The translations under genes and the position numbers were made by a program. This document shows, one piece after another, positions 47,401 through 62,256 of a stretch of DNA of 64,000 nt (its first letter is position 1; each line of letters opens with the position of its first letter). The notes beneath the pieces were generated by a model that did no database searches, was not told where the DNA came from, and saw only the letters and a program-made list of their open reading frames with translations. Origin of the DNA: Eledone cirrhosa (taxonomy: Eukaryota); assembly GCA_964016885.1 (NCBI GenBank), contig OZ024746.1, positions 101,928,001 through 101,992,000 on the forward strand, written 5' to 3'.

Positions 47401-50400
47401 GCTAACTGTACCTGTCTGTAACTATACCTGTCTCTAACTGTACCTGTCTCTAACTGTACCTGTCTCTAACTGTACCTGTCTCTAACTGTACCTGTCTCTA
47501 ACTATACCTGTCTCTAACTATACCTGTCTCTAACTGTACCTGTCTCTAACTGTACCTGTCTCTAACTGTACCTGTCTATAACTGTTCCATTCTCTAACTA
47601 TACCTGTCTCTAACTATACCTGTCTCTAACTATACCTGTCTCTAACTGTACCTGTCTCTAACTGTACCTGCTCTAACTATACCTGTCTCTAACTATACCT
47701 GTCTCTAACTGTACCTGTCTCTAACTGTACCTGTCTCTAACTGTACCTGTCTATAACTGTTCCATTCTCTAACTATACCTGTCTCTAACTACACCTGTCT
47801 CTAACTGTTCCTGTCTCTAACAATACCTGCCTTTAACTGTACCTGTCTCTAACTATACCTGTCTCTAACTGTATCTGTCTCTATCTGTACCTGTCTCTAA
47901 CTGTTCCTGTCTCTAACTGTACCTGTCTCTAACTGTACCTGTCTCTAACTATACCTGTCTCTAACTATACCTGTCTCTAACTGTACCTGTCTCTAACTGT
48001 ACCTGTCTATAACTGCACCTGTCTCTAACTGTACCTGTCTCTAACTGTTCCTGTCTCTAACTATACCTGTCTCTAACTGTACCTGTCTCTAATTTTACCT
48101 GTCTCTAACTGTACCTGTCTATAACTGTACCTGTCTATAACTGTACCTGTCTATAACTGTACCTGTCTCTAACTGTACCTGTCTCTAACTGTACCTGTCT
48201 CTAACTATACCTTTCTCTAACTGTACCTGTCTCTAACAATACCTGCCTTTAACTGTACCTGTCTCTAACTATACCTGTCTCTAACTGTACCTGTCTCTAA
48301 CTGTACCTGTCTCTAACTATACCTGTCTCTAACTATACCTGTCTCTAACTGTACCTGTCTCTAACTATACCTGTCTCTAACTATACCTGTCTCTAACTGT
48401 ACCTGTAATTAACTGTACCTGTCTCTAACTGTACCTGTAATTAAATGTACCTGTCTGTAACTATAACTGTCTCTAACTGTACTTGTCTCTAACTGTACCT
48501 GTCTCTAACTATACCTGTCTCTAACTGTACCTGGCTCTAACTATAGTTGTCTCTAACTGTACCTGTCTCTAACTGTTCCTGTCTCTAACAATACCTGCCT
48601 TTAACTGTACCTGTCTCTACCTATACCTGTCTCTAACTGTACCTGTCTCTATCTGTACCTGTCTCTAACTGTACCTGTCTGTAACTATACCTGTCTCTAA
48701 CTGTACCTGTCTCTAACTGTTCCTGTCTCTAACAATACCTGCCTTTAACTGTACCTGTCTCTACCTATACCTGTCTCTAACTGTACCTGTCTCTACCTGT
48801 ACCTGTCTCTAACTGTTCCTGTCTCTAACAATACCTGCCTTTAACTGTACCTGTCTCTACCTATACCTGTCTCTAACTGTACCTGTCTCTACCTGTACCT
48901 GTCTCTAACTGTACCTGTCTCTACCTGTACCTGTCTCTAACTGTACCTGGCTCTAACTATACCTGTCTGTAACTGTACCTGTCTATAACTGTTCCTGTCT
49001 GTAACTATACCTGTCTCTAACTATACCTGTCTGTAACTGTACCTGTCTATAACTTTACCTGTCTATAACTGTACCTGTCTATAACTATACCTGTCTCTAA
49101 CTGTACCTGTCTCTAACTGTATCTGTCTCTAACTATACCTGTCTCTAACTATACCTGTCTCTAACTATACCTGTCTCTAACTGTACCTGTCTCTAGTTGT
49201 ACCTGTCTCTAACTGTACCTGTCTGTAACTATACCTGTCTCTAACTGTACCTGTCTCTAACTGTACCTGTCTCTAACTGTACCTGTCTCTAACTGTACCT
49301 GTCTCTAACTGTACCTGTCTCTAACTATACCTGTCTCTAACTATACCTGTCTCTAACTGTACCTGTCTCTAACTGTACCTGTGTATAACTGCACCTGTCT
49401 ATAACTGTTCCTGTCTCTAACTATACCTGTCTCCAACTATACCTGTCTCTAACTGTACCTGTCTCTAACTACACCTGTCTCTAACTGTTCCTGTCTCTAA
49501 CAATACCTGCCTTTAACTGTACCTGTCTCTAACTATACCTGTCTCTAACTGTACCTGTCTCTAACTGTACCTGTCTCTAACTGTTCCTGTCTCTAACTAT
49601 ACCTGTCTCTAACTGTACCTGTCTCTAACTGTACCTCTCTATAACTGTACCTGTCTATAACTGTACCTGTCTCTAACTGTACCTGTCTCTAACTATACCT
49701 GTCTCTAACTATACCTGTCTGTAACTGTACCTGTCTCTAACTGTACCTGTCTCTAACTATACCTGTCTCTATCTGTACATGTCTCTAACTGTACCTGTCT
49801 CTAACTATACCTGTCTCTAACTGTACCTGTCTCTAACTATACCTGTCTCTAACTATACCTGTCTCTAACTGTACCTGTCTCTACTATACCTGTCTCTAAC
49901 TATACCTGTCTCTAACTGTACCTGTAATTAACTGTACCTGTCTCTAACTGTACCTGTAATTAAATGTACCTGTCTGTAACTATAACTGTCTGTAACTATA
50001 CCTGTCTTTAACTATACCTGTCTATAACTGTACCTGTCTATAACTGTACCTGTCTTTAACTATACTTGTATCTAACTGTACCTGTCTCTAACTGTACCTG
50101 TCTCTAACTATATCTGTCTCTAACTATACCTGTCTCTAACTATACTTGTCTCTAATGTACCTGTCTCTAACTGTACCTGTCCCTAACTATACCTGTCTCT
50201 AACTGTACCTGTCTCTAACTATACTTGTCTCTAACTGTACCTGTCTCTAACTGTACCTGTCTGTAACTATAACTGTCTCTAACTGTACCTGTCTCTAACT
50301 GTACCTGTCTTTAACTATACTTGTCTCTAACTGTACCTGTCTTTAACTATACTTGTCCCTAACTGTACCTGTCTCTAACTGTACCTGTCTTTAACTATAC

Positions 50401-53400
50401 TTGTCTCTAACTGTACCTGTCTCTAACTATACTTGTATCTAACTGTACCTGTCTCTAACTGTACCTGTCTCTAACTATATCTGTCTCTAACTATACCTGT
50501 CTCTAACTGTACCTGTCTTTAACTATACTTGTCTCTAACTGTACCTGTCTCTAACTATACCTGTCTGTAACTGTACCTGTCTCTAACTATACCTGTCTCT
50601 AACTATACTTGTCTCTAATGTACCTGTCTCTAACTGTACCTGTCCCTAACTATACCTGTCTCTAACTGTACCTGTCTCTAACTATACTTGTCTCTAACTG
50701 TACCTGTCTCTAACTGTACCTGTCTCTAACTGTACCTGTCTCTAACTTACCTGTCTCTAACTATACCTGTATCTAACTGTACCTGTCTCTAAGTGTACCT
50801 GTCTCTAACTGTACCTGTCTCTAACTGTCCTGTCTCTAACTATACCTGTCTCTAACTGTACCTGTCTCTAACTATACCTGTCTTTAACTGTCCCTGTCTC
50901 TAACTATACCTGTCTCTAACTATACCTGTCTCTAACTGTACCTGTCTCTAACTATACCTGTCTCTAATTATACCTCTCTCTAACTATACCTGTCTCTAAC
51001 TATACCTGTCATTAACTGTACCTGTCTCTAACTACACCTGTCTCTAAATGTACCTGTCTCTAACTGTACCTGTCTATAACTATACCTGTCTATAACTGTA
51101 CTTGTCTCTAACTATACCTGTCTCTAACTATACCTGTCTCTAACTGTACCTGTAATTAACTGTACCTGTCTCTAACTATACCTTTCTCTAACAGTACCTG
51201 TAATTAACTGTACCTGTCTGTAACTATAACTGTCTCTAACTGTACTTGTCTCTAACTGTACCTGTCTCTAACTATACCTGTCTCTAACTGTACCTGTCTC
51301 TAACTGTACCTGTCTATAACTGTACCTGTCTCTAACTGTACCTGTCTATAACTGCACCTGTCTATAACTGTTCCTGTCTCTAAATATACCTGTCTCTAAC
51401 TATACCTGTCTCTAACTGTACCTGTCTCTAACTATACCTGTCTCTAACTATACCTGTCTCTAACTGTTCCTGTCTCTAACAATACCTGCCTTTAACTGTA
51501 CCCGTCTCTAACTATACCTGTCTCTAACTGTACCTGTCTCTAGCTGTACCTGTCTCTAACTGTACCTGTCTCTACCTATACCTGTCTCTAACTGTTCCTG
51601 TCTCTAACTGTACCTGTCTCTAACTGTACCTGTCTCTAACTATACCTCTCTCTAACTGTACCTGTCTCTAACTATACCTGTATCTAACTGTACCTGTCTC
51701 TAACTGTACCCTTCTCTAACTGTACCTGTCTCTAAGTGTACCTGTCTCTAACTATACCTGTTTCTTACTATACCTGTAATTAACTGTACCTGTCTGTAAC
51801 TATAACTGTCTCTAACTGTACTTGTCTCTAACTGTACCTGTCTCTAACTATACCTGTCTCTAACTGTACCTGTCATTAACTGTACCTGTCTCTAACTATA
51901 CCTGTCTCTAACTATACCTGTCTATAACTGTACCTGTCTCTAACTGTACCTTTCTCTAACTATACCTGTCTCTAACTATACCTGTCTCTAACTGTACCTG
52001 TCTCTAACTATACCTGTCTCTAACTATACCTGTCTCTAACTATACCTGTCTCTAACTATACCTGTCATTAACTGTACCTGTCTATAACTGTACCTGTCTC
52101 TAACTGTACCTTTCTCTAACTGTACCTGTCTCTAACAATACCTGTCTCTAACTGTACCCGTCTCTAACTATACCTGACTCTAACTATACCTGTCTCTAAC
52201 TATACCTGTCACTAACTGTACCTGTCTATAACTGTACCTGTCTCTAACTGTACCTGTCTCTAACTATACCTGTCTCCCAACTGTACCTGTCTCTAACTAT
52301 ACCTGTCTCTAACTGTACCTGTCTATAACTGTACCTGTCTATAACTGTACCTGTCTCTAACTGTACCTGTCTCTAACTATACCTGTCTCTAACTGTACCT
52401 GTCTCTAACTATACCTGTCTCTACCTGTACCTGTCTCTAATTATACCTGTCTCTAACTGTACCTGTCTCTAACTATACCTGTCTCTAACTATACCTGTCT
52501 CTAACTGTACTTGTCTCTAACTATACCTGTGTCTAACTATACCTGTCTCTAACTGTACCTGTAATTAACTGTACCTGTCTCTAACTATACCTTTCTCTAA
52601 CAGTACCTGTAATTAACTGTACCTGTCTGTAACTATAACTGTATCTAACTGTACTTGTCTCTAACTGTACCTGTCTCTAACTATACCTGTCTCTAACTGT
52701 ACCTGTCTCTAACTGTACCTGTCTATAACTGTACCTGTCTCTAACTGTACCTGTCTATAACTGCACCTGTCTATAACTGTACCTGTCTCTAACTGTACTT
52801 GTCTGTAACTATACCTGTCTCTAACTATACCTGTCTCTAACTATACCTGTCTCTAACTGTACCTGTCTCTAACTGTACCTGTCGCTAACTGTACCTGTCT
52901 GTAACTATACCTGTCTCTAACTGTACCTGTCTCTAACTGTACCTGTCTCTAACTGTACCTGTCTCTAACTGTACCTGTCTCTAACTATACCTGTCTCTAA
53001 CTATACCTGTCTCTAACTGTACCTGTCTCTAACTGTACCTGTCTCTAACTGTACCTGTCTATAACTGTTCCATTCTCTAACTATACCTGTCTCTAACTAT
53101 ACCTGTCTCTAACTATACCTGTCTCTAACTGTACCTGTCTCTAACTGTACCTGCTCTAACTATACCTGTCTCTAACTATACCTGTCTCTAACTGTACCTG
53201 TCTCTAACTGTACCTGTCTCTAACTGTACCTGTCTATAACTGTTCCATTCTCTAACTATACCTGTCTCTAACTACACCTGTCTCTAACTGTTCCTGTCTC
53301 TAACAATACCTGCCTTTAACTGTACCTGTCTCTAACTATACCTGTCTCTAACTGTATCTGTCTCTATCTGTACCTGTCTCTAACTGTTCCTGTCTCTAAC

Positions 53401-56400
53401 TGTACCTGTCTCTAACTGTACCTGTCTCTAACTATACCTGTCTCTAACTATACCTGTCTCTAACTGTACCTGTCTCTAACTGTACCTGTCTATAACTGCA
53501 CCTGTCTCTAACTGTACCTGTCTCTAACTGTTCCTGTCTCTAACTATACCTGTCTCTAACTGTACCTGTCTCTAATTTTACCTGTCTCTAACTGTACCTG
53601 TCTATAACTGTACCTGTCTATAACTGTACCTGTCTATAACTGTACCTGTCTATAACTGTACCTGTCTCTAACTGTACCTGTCTCTAACTATACCTTTCTC
53701 TAACTGTACCTGTCTCTAACAATACCTGCCTTTAACTGTACCTGTCTCTAACTATACCTGTCTCTAACTGTACCTGTCTCTAACTGTACCTGTCTCTAAC
53801 TATACCTGTCTCTAACTATACCTGTCTCTAACTGTACCTGTCTCTAACTATACCTGTCTCTAACTATACCTGTCTCTAACTGTACCTGTAATTAACTGTA
53901 CCTGTCTCTAACTGTACCTGTAATTAAATGTACCTGTCTGTAACTATAACTGTCTCTAACTGTACTTGTCTCTAACTGTACCTGTCTCTAACTATACCTG
54001 TCTCTAACTGTACCTGGCTCTAACTATAGTTGTCTCTAACTGTACCTGTCTCTAACTGTTCCTGTCTCTAACAATACCTGCCTTTAACTGTACCTGTCTC
54101 TACCTATACCTGTCTCTAACTGTACCTGTCTCTATCTGTACCTGTCTCTAACTGTACCTGTCTGTAACTATACCTGTCTCTAACTGTACCTGTCTCTAAC
54201 TGTTCCTGTCTCTAACAATACCTGCCTTTAACTGTACCTGTCTCTACCTATACCTGTCTCTAACTGTACCTGTCTCTACCTGTACCTGTCTCTAACTGTT
54301 CCTGTCTCTAACAATACCTGCCTTTAACTGTACCTGTCTCTACCTATACCTGTCTCTAACTGTACCTGTCTCTACCTGTACCTGTCTCTAACTGTACCTG
54401 TCTCTAGCTGTACCTGTCTCTAACTGTACCTGGCTCTAACTATACCTGTCTGTAACTGTACCTGTCTATAACTGTTCCTGTCTGTAACTATACCTGTCTC
54501 TAACTATACCTGTCTGTAACTGTACCTGTCTATAACTTTACCTGTCTATAACTGTACCTGTCTATAACTATACCTGTCTCTAACTGTACCTGTCTCTAAC
54601 TGTATCTGTCTCTAACTATACCTGTCTCTAACTATACCTGTCTCTAACTATACCTGTCTCTAACTGTACCTGTCTCTAGTTGTACCTGTCTCTAACTGTA
54701 CCTGTCTGTAACTATACCTGTCTCTAACTGTACCTGTCTCTAACTGTACCTGTCTCTAACTGTACCTGTCTCTAACTGTACCTGTCTCTAACTGTACCTG
54801 TCTCTAACTATACCTGTCTCTAACTATACCTGTCTCTAACTGTACCTGTCTCTAACTGTACCTGTGTATAACTGCACCTGTCTATAACTGTTCCTGTCTC
54901 TAACTATACCTGTCTCCAACTATACCTGTCTCTAACTGTACCTGTCTCTAACTACACCTGTCTCTAACTGTTCCTGTCTCTAACAATACCTGCCTTTAAC
55001 TGTACCTGTCTCTAACTATACCTGTCTCTAACTGTACCTGTCTCTAACTGTACCTGTCTCTAACTGTTCCTGTCTCTAACTATACCTGTCTCTAACTGTA
55101 CCTGTCTCTAACTGTACCTCTCTATAACTGTACCTGTCTATAACTGTACCTGTCTCTAACTGTACCTGTCTCTAACTATACCTGTCTCTAACTATACCTG
55201 TCTGTAACTGTACCTGTCTCTAACTGTACCTGTCTCTAACTATACCTGTCTCTATCTGTACATGTCTCTAACTGTACCTGTCTCTAACTATACCTGTCTC
55301 TAACTGTACCTGTCTCTAACTATACCTGTCTCTAACTATACCTGTCTCTAACTGTACCTGTCTCTACTATACCTGTCTCTAACTATACCTGTCTCTAACT
55401 GTACCTGTAATTAACTGTACCTGTCTCTAACTGTACCTGTAATTAAATGTACCTGTCTGTAACTATAACTGTCTGTAACTATACCTGTCTTTAACTATAC
55501 CTGTCTATAACTGTACCTGTCTATAACTGTACCTGTCTTTAACTATACTTGTATCTAACTGTACCTGTCTCTAACTGTACCTGTCTCTAACTATATCTGT
55601 CTCTAACTATACCTGTCTCTAACTATACTTGTCTCTAATGTACCTGTCTCTAACTGTACCTGTCCCTAACTATACCTGTCTCTAACTGTACCTGTCTCTA
55701 ACTATACTTGTCTCTAACTGTACCTGTCTCTAACTGTACCTGTCTGTAACTATAACTGTCTCTAACTGTACCTGTCTCTAACTGTACCTGTCTTTAACTA
55801 TACTTGTCTCTAACTGTACCTGTCTTTAACTATACTTGTCCCTAACTGTACCTGTCTCTAACTGTACCTGTCTTTAACTATACTTGTCTCTAACTGTACC
55901 TGTCTCTAACTATACTTGTATCTAACTGTACCTGTCTCTAACTGTACCTGTCTCTAACTATATCTGTCTCTAACTATACCTGTCTCTAACTGTACCTGTC
56001 TTTAACTATACTTGTCTCTAACTGTACCTGTCTCTAACTATACCTGTCTGTAACTGTACCTGTCTCTAACTATACCTGTCTCTAACTATACTTGTCTCTA
56101 ATGTACCTGTCTCTAACTGTACCTGTCCCTAACTATACCTGTCTCTAACTGTACCTGTCTCTAACTATACTTGTCTCTAACTGTACCTGTCTCTAACTGT
56201 ACCTGTCTCTAACTGTACCTGTCTCTAACTTACCTGTCTCTAACTATACCTGTATCTAACTGTACCTGTCTCTAAGTGTACCTGTCTCTAACTGTACCTG
56301 TCTCTAACTGTCCTGTCTCTAACTATACCTGTCTCTAACTGTACCTGTCTCTAACTATACCTGTCTTTAACTGTCCCTGTCTCTAACTATACCTGTCTCT

Positions 56401-59400
56401 AACTATACCTGTCTCTAACTGTACCTGTCTCTAACTATACCTGTCTCTAATTATACCTCTCTCTAACTATACCTGTCTCTAACTATACCTGTCATTAACT
56501 GTACCTGTCTCTAACTACACCTGTCTCTAAATGTACCTGTCTCTAACTGTACCTGTCTATAACTATACCTGTCTATAACTGTACTTGTCTCTAACTATAC
56601 CTGTCTCTAACTATACCTGTCTCTAACTGTACCTGTAATTAACTGTACCTGTCTCTAACTATACCTTTCTCTAACAGTACCTGTAATTAACTGTACCTGT
56701 CTGTAACTATAACTGTCTCTAACTGTACTTGTCTCTAACTGTACCTGTCTCTAACTATACCTGTCTCTAACTGTACCTGTCTCTAACTGTACCTGTCTAT
56801 AACTGTACCTGTCTCTAACTGTACCTGTCTATAACTGCACCTGTCTATAACTGTTCCTGTCTCTAAATATACCTGTCTCTAACTATACCTGTCTCTAACT
56901 GTACCTGTCTCTAACTATACCTGTCTCTAACTATACCTGTCTCTAACTGTTCCTGTCTCTAACAATACCTGCCTTTAACTGTACCCGTCTCTAACTATAC
57001 CTGTCTCTAACTGTACCTGTCTCTAGCTGTACCTGTCTCTAACTGTACCTGTCTCTACCTATACCTGTCTCTAACTGTTCCTGTCTCTAACTGTACCTGT
57101 CTCTAACTGTACCTGTCTCTAACTATACCTCTCTCTAACTGTACCTGTCTCTAACTATACCTGTATCTAACTGTACCTGTCTCTAACTGTACCCTTCTCT
57201 AACTGTACCTGTCTCTAAGTGTACCTGTCTCTAACTATACCTGTTTCTTACTATACCTGTAATTAACTGTACCTGTCTGTAACTATAACTGTCTCTAACT
57301 GTACTTGTCTCTAACTGTACCTGTCTCTAACTATACCTGTCTCTAACTGTACCTGTCATTAACTGTACCTGTCTCTAACTATACCTGTCTCTAACTATAC
57401 CTGTCTATAACTGTACCTGTCTCTAACTGTACCTTTCTCTAACTATACCTGTCTCTAACTATACCTGTCTCTAACTGTACCTGTCTCTAACTATACCTGT
57501 CTCTAACTATACCTGTCTCTAACTATACCTGTCTCTAACTATACCTGTCATTAACTGTACCTGTCTATAACTGTACCTGTCTCTAACTGTACCTTTCTCT
57601 AACTGTACCTGTCTCTAACAATACCTGTCTCTAACTGTACCCGTCTCTAACTATACCTGACTCTAACTATACCTGTCTCTAACTATACCTGTCACTAACT
57701 GTACCTGTCTATAACTGTACCTGTCTCTAACTGTACCTGTCTCTAACTATACCTGTCTCCCAACTGTACCTGTCTCTAACTATACCTGTCTCTAACTGTA
57801 CCTGTCTATAACTGTACCTGTCTATAACTGTACCTGTCTCTAACTGTACCTGTATGTAACTATAACTGTCTCTAACTGTAACTGTCTATAACTGTACCTG
57901 TCTATAACTGTACTTGTCTCTAACTATACCTGTCTATAAATGTACCTGTCTCTAACTGTACCTGTCTCTAACTATACCTGTCTCTAACTGTACCTGTCTC
58001 TAACTGTACCTGTCTCTAACTGTACCTGTCTCTAACTATAGCTGTCTCTAACTATACCTGTCTCTAACTGTAACTGTCTATAACTGTACCTGTCTATAAC
58101 TGTACTTGTCTCTAACTATACCTGTCTATAAATGTACCTGTCTCTAACTGTACCTGTCTCTAACTATACCTGTCTCTAACTGTACCTGTCTCTAACTGTA
58201 CCTGTCTATAACTGTACCTGTCTCTAACTGTACCTGTCTATAACTGCACCTGTCTATAACTGTACCTGTCTCTAACTGTACCTGTCTGTAACTATACCTG
58301 TCTCTAACTATACCTGTCTCTAACTATACCTGTCTCTAACTGTACCTGTCTCTAACTGTACCTGTGGCTAACTGTACCTGTCGCTAACTGTACCTGTCTC
58401 TAACTATACCTGTCTCTAACTGTACCTGTCTCTAACTGTACCTGTCTCTAACTGTACCTGTCTCTAACTGTTCCATTCTCTAACTATACCTGTCTGTAAC
58501 TATAACTGTCTCTAACTGTACCTGTCTCTAACTGTACCTGTCTCTAACTGTACCTGTCTCTAACTGTACCTGTCTATAACTGCACCTGTCTCTAACTGTA
58601 CCTGTCTCTAACTGTTCCTGTCTCTAACTATACCTGTCTCTAACTGTACCTGTCTCTAACTGTACCTGTCTCTAACTGTACCTGTCTCTAACTGTACCTG
58701 TCTATAACTGTACCTGTCTATTACTGTACCTGTCTCTAACTGTACCTGTCTCTAACTATACCTGTCTCTAACTATACCTGTCTCTAACTGTACCTGTCTC
58801 TAACTGTACCTGTCTCTAACTATACCTGTCTCTAACTGTAGCTGTCTCTAACTGTACCTGTCTCTAACTATTCCTGTCTCTAATTGTACCTGTCTCTAAC
58901 TATACCTCTCTCTAACTATACCTGTCTCTAACTGTACCTGTCTCTAACTATACCTGTCTCTAACTATACCTGTCTCTAACTGTACCTGTAATTAACTGTA
59001 CCTGTCTCTAACTGTACCTGTAATTAAATGTACCTGTCTGTAACTATAACTGTCTCTAACTGTACTTGTCTCTAACTGTACCTGTCTCTAACTATACCTG
59101 TCTCTAACTGTACCTGGCTCTAACTGTACCTGTCTCTAACTGTTCCTGTCTCTAACAATACCTGCCTTTAACTGTACCTGTCTCTACCTATACCTGTCTC
59201 TAACTGTACCTGTCTCTATCTGTACCTGTCTCTAACTGTACCTGTCTATAACTATACCTGTCTCTAACTGTACCTGTCTCTAACTGTACCTGTCTCTAAC
59301 TATACCTGTCTGTAACTGTACCTGTCTATAACTGTACCTGTCTATAACTGTACCTGTCTATAACTATACCTGTCTCTAACTGTACCTGTCTCTAACTATA

Positions 59401-61550
59401 CCTGTCTCTAACTGTACCTGTCTATAACTGTACCTGTCTATAACTGTACCTGTCTCTAACTATACCTGTCTCTAACTATACCTGTCTCTAACTGTACCTG
59501 TCTCTAACTGTACCTGTCTCTAACTATACCTGTCTCTAACTGTACCTGTCTCTAACTGTATCTGTCTCTAACTATACCTGTCTCTAACTATACCTGTCTC
59601 TAACTATACCTGTCTCTAACTGTACCTGTCTCTAGCTGTACCTGTCTCTAACTGTACCTGTCTGTAACTATACCTCTCTCTAACTGTACCTGTCTATAAC
59701 TGTACCTCTCTATAACTGTACCTGTCTATAACTGTACCTGTCTATAACTGTACCTGTCTCTAACTATACCTGTCTATAAATGTACCTGTCTATAACTGTA
59801 CCTGTCTCTAACTATACCTGTCTCTAACTGTACCTGTCTCTAACTATACCTGTCTCTAACTGTACCTGTCTCTAACTGTACCTGTCTCTAGCTGTACCTG
59901 TCTCTAACTATACCTGTCTCTAACTGTACCTGTCTCTAACTATACCTGTCTCTACCTGTACCTGTCTCTAAATATACCTGTCTCTAACTGTACCTGTCTC
60001 TAACTATACCTGTCTCTAACTATACCTGTCTCTAACTGTACCTGTCTCTAACTATACCTGTCTCTAACTATACCTGTCTCTAACTGTACCTGTAATTAAC
60101 TGTACCTGTCTCTAACTATACCTTTCTCTAACTGTACTTGTCTCTAACTGTACCTGTCTCTAACTATACCTGTCTCTAACTGTACCTGTCTCTAACTGTA
60201 CCTGTCTATAACTGTACCTGTCTATAACTGTATCTGTCTATAACTGCACCTGTCTCTATCTGTACCTGTCTCTAACTATAGCTGTCTCTAACTATACCTG
60301 TCTCTAACTGTACCTGTCTCTAACTATACCTGTTTCTAACTGTACCTGTCTCTAACCGTACCTGTCTCTAACTATACCTGTCTCTAACTATACCTGTCTC
60401 TAACTGTACCTGTCTCTAACTGTACCTGTCTCTAACTGTACCTATCTCTAACTATACCTGTCTCTAACTATACCTGTCTCTAACTATACCTGTCTCTAAC
60501 TGTACCTGTCTCTAACTGTACCTGTCTCTAACTGTACCTGTCTTTAACTGTACCTGTCTCTAACTATACATGTGTCTAACTGTACCTGTCTCTAACTGTA
60601 CCTGTCTCTAACTATACCTGTCTTTAACTGTACCTGTCTCTAACTATACATGTGTCTAACTGTACCTGTCTCTAACTGTACCTGTCTCTAACTGTACCTG
60701 TCTCTAACTGTATCTGTCTCTAACTGTACCTGTCTCTAACTGTACTTGTCTCTAACTATACCTGTCTCTAACTATACCTGTCTCTAACTGTACCTGTCTT
60801 TAACTGTACCTGTCTCTAACTGTACCTGTCTCTAACTATACCTGTCTTTAACTGTACCTGTCTCTAACTATATCTGTCTTTAACTGTACCTGTCTCTAAC
60901 TATACATGTGTCTAACTGTACCTGTCTCTAACTGTACCTGTCTCTAACTGTACCTGTCTCTAACTGTACCTGTCTTTATCTGTACCTGTCTCTAACTATA
61001 CATGTGTCTAACTGTACCTGTCTCTAACTGTACCTGTCTCTAACTGTACCTGTCCCTAACTATACCTGTCTTTAACTGTACCTGTCTCTAACTATACATG
61101 TACCTAACTGTACCTGTCTCTAACTGTACCTGTCTCTAACTATACCTGTCTTTAACTGTACCTGTCTCTAACTATACATGTGTCTAACTGTACCTGTCTC
61201 TAACTGTACCTGTCTCTAACTGTACCTGTCTCTAACTATACCTGTCTCTAACTGTACCTGTCTCTAACTGTCTCTAACTGTAACTGTCTATAACTGTACC
61301 TGTCTATAACTGTACCTGTCTCTAACTATACCTGTCTCTAACTACACCTGTCTCTAACTATACCTGTCTCTAACTGTACCTGTCTCTATCTGTATCTGTC
61401 TCTAACTACACCTGTCTCTAACTATACCTGTCTCTAACTGTATCTGTCTCTAACTACACCTGTCTCTAACTATACCTGTCTCTAACTATACCTGTCTCTA
61501 ACTGTATCTGTCTCTAACTGTACTTGTCTCTAACTATACCTGTCTCTATC
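29429..61550. repeat. ~32-kb satellite array of 16-bp monomer TAACTRTACCTGTCTC (~2000 copies) with higher-order duplications
   Basis: 16-bp periodicity throughout in a single orientation. Variant monomers recur at fixed offsets (1808, 2176, 5483, ~8900 bp). Confidence 0.98.
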
Positions 61551-62256
61551 TATATCAGTCTGTGGTCCAACAATATGTAGTTACAATGAAGCTGAAGAAA
61601 TACATAAAAAAAGATTGACTAGAGTTAACTCATTACCATATTCCTAATGAAAGACACTGTTTATGATTTTCAAATAATTTTGAAAATATTCAAGAATTTG
61701 GAGATATAACCAAATTTCTCATTGTTAAGGTGATATTTTGAGCTTAACAAATGCTCTCACAAAAAATCATAATAGAAAATTTTTGTGATAAATTTAAACA
61801 CTTTTAAAATGATCTGTTCTGTATAATAGATCAAAATGTAGTTTCAGGTAGTTTGGTATGAAAAGGGTTAAAGGAAGCTGAAGCACATTAAACAACAAAC
61901 AGAGACTATACCAAAATACAGTATTTTGTTGAAGAACAGGAGCAACATCTAATTCAAATAATTCCATCAAGCACAAGAATGGAAATATCTTCTTATTGAA
62001 ATAAGAATAAAACACTGAGTGGAGCATTTCAAAGAGTCTGGACTAATCAACATCATCGACATATGTCTATTTTACTTATTGGGATGGGTTGGTCAGGTTG
62101 TCCTGTTCTGATACTAAGCATAAGTTAGACAGGTTGTCTTGTTCTGAGACTAGTCAGGTCAGGTAATCATATTTTGCATGGTTTCTATGACTACATGTCC
62201 TTCTAAACTATTATTTGCTATCAGTACTAAACTGCCACCAGTTGAATTTAGCAATG

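Noticed and set aside
29429-61550. CRISPR-like or coding repeat interpretation of the array
   Set aside because: Contiguous 16-bp monomers without unique spacers, no cas genes, eukaryotic context, and stops in every frame.
29429-61550. Telomeric repeat (minus strand contains TTAGAG)
   Set aside because: Only one TTAGGG-like word per 16-mer, no G-runs, and unique DNA on both sides.
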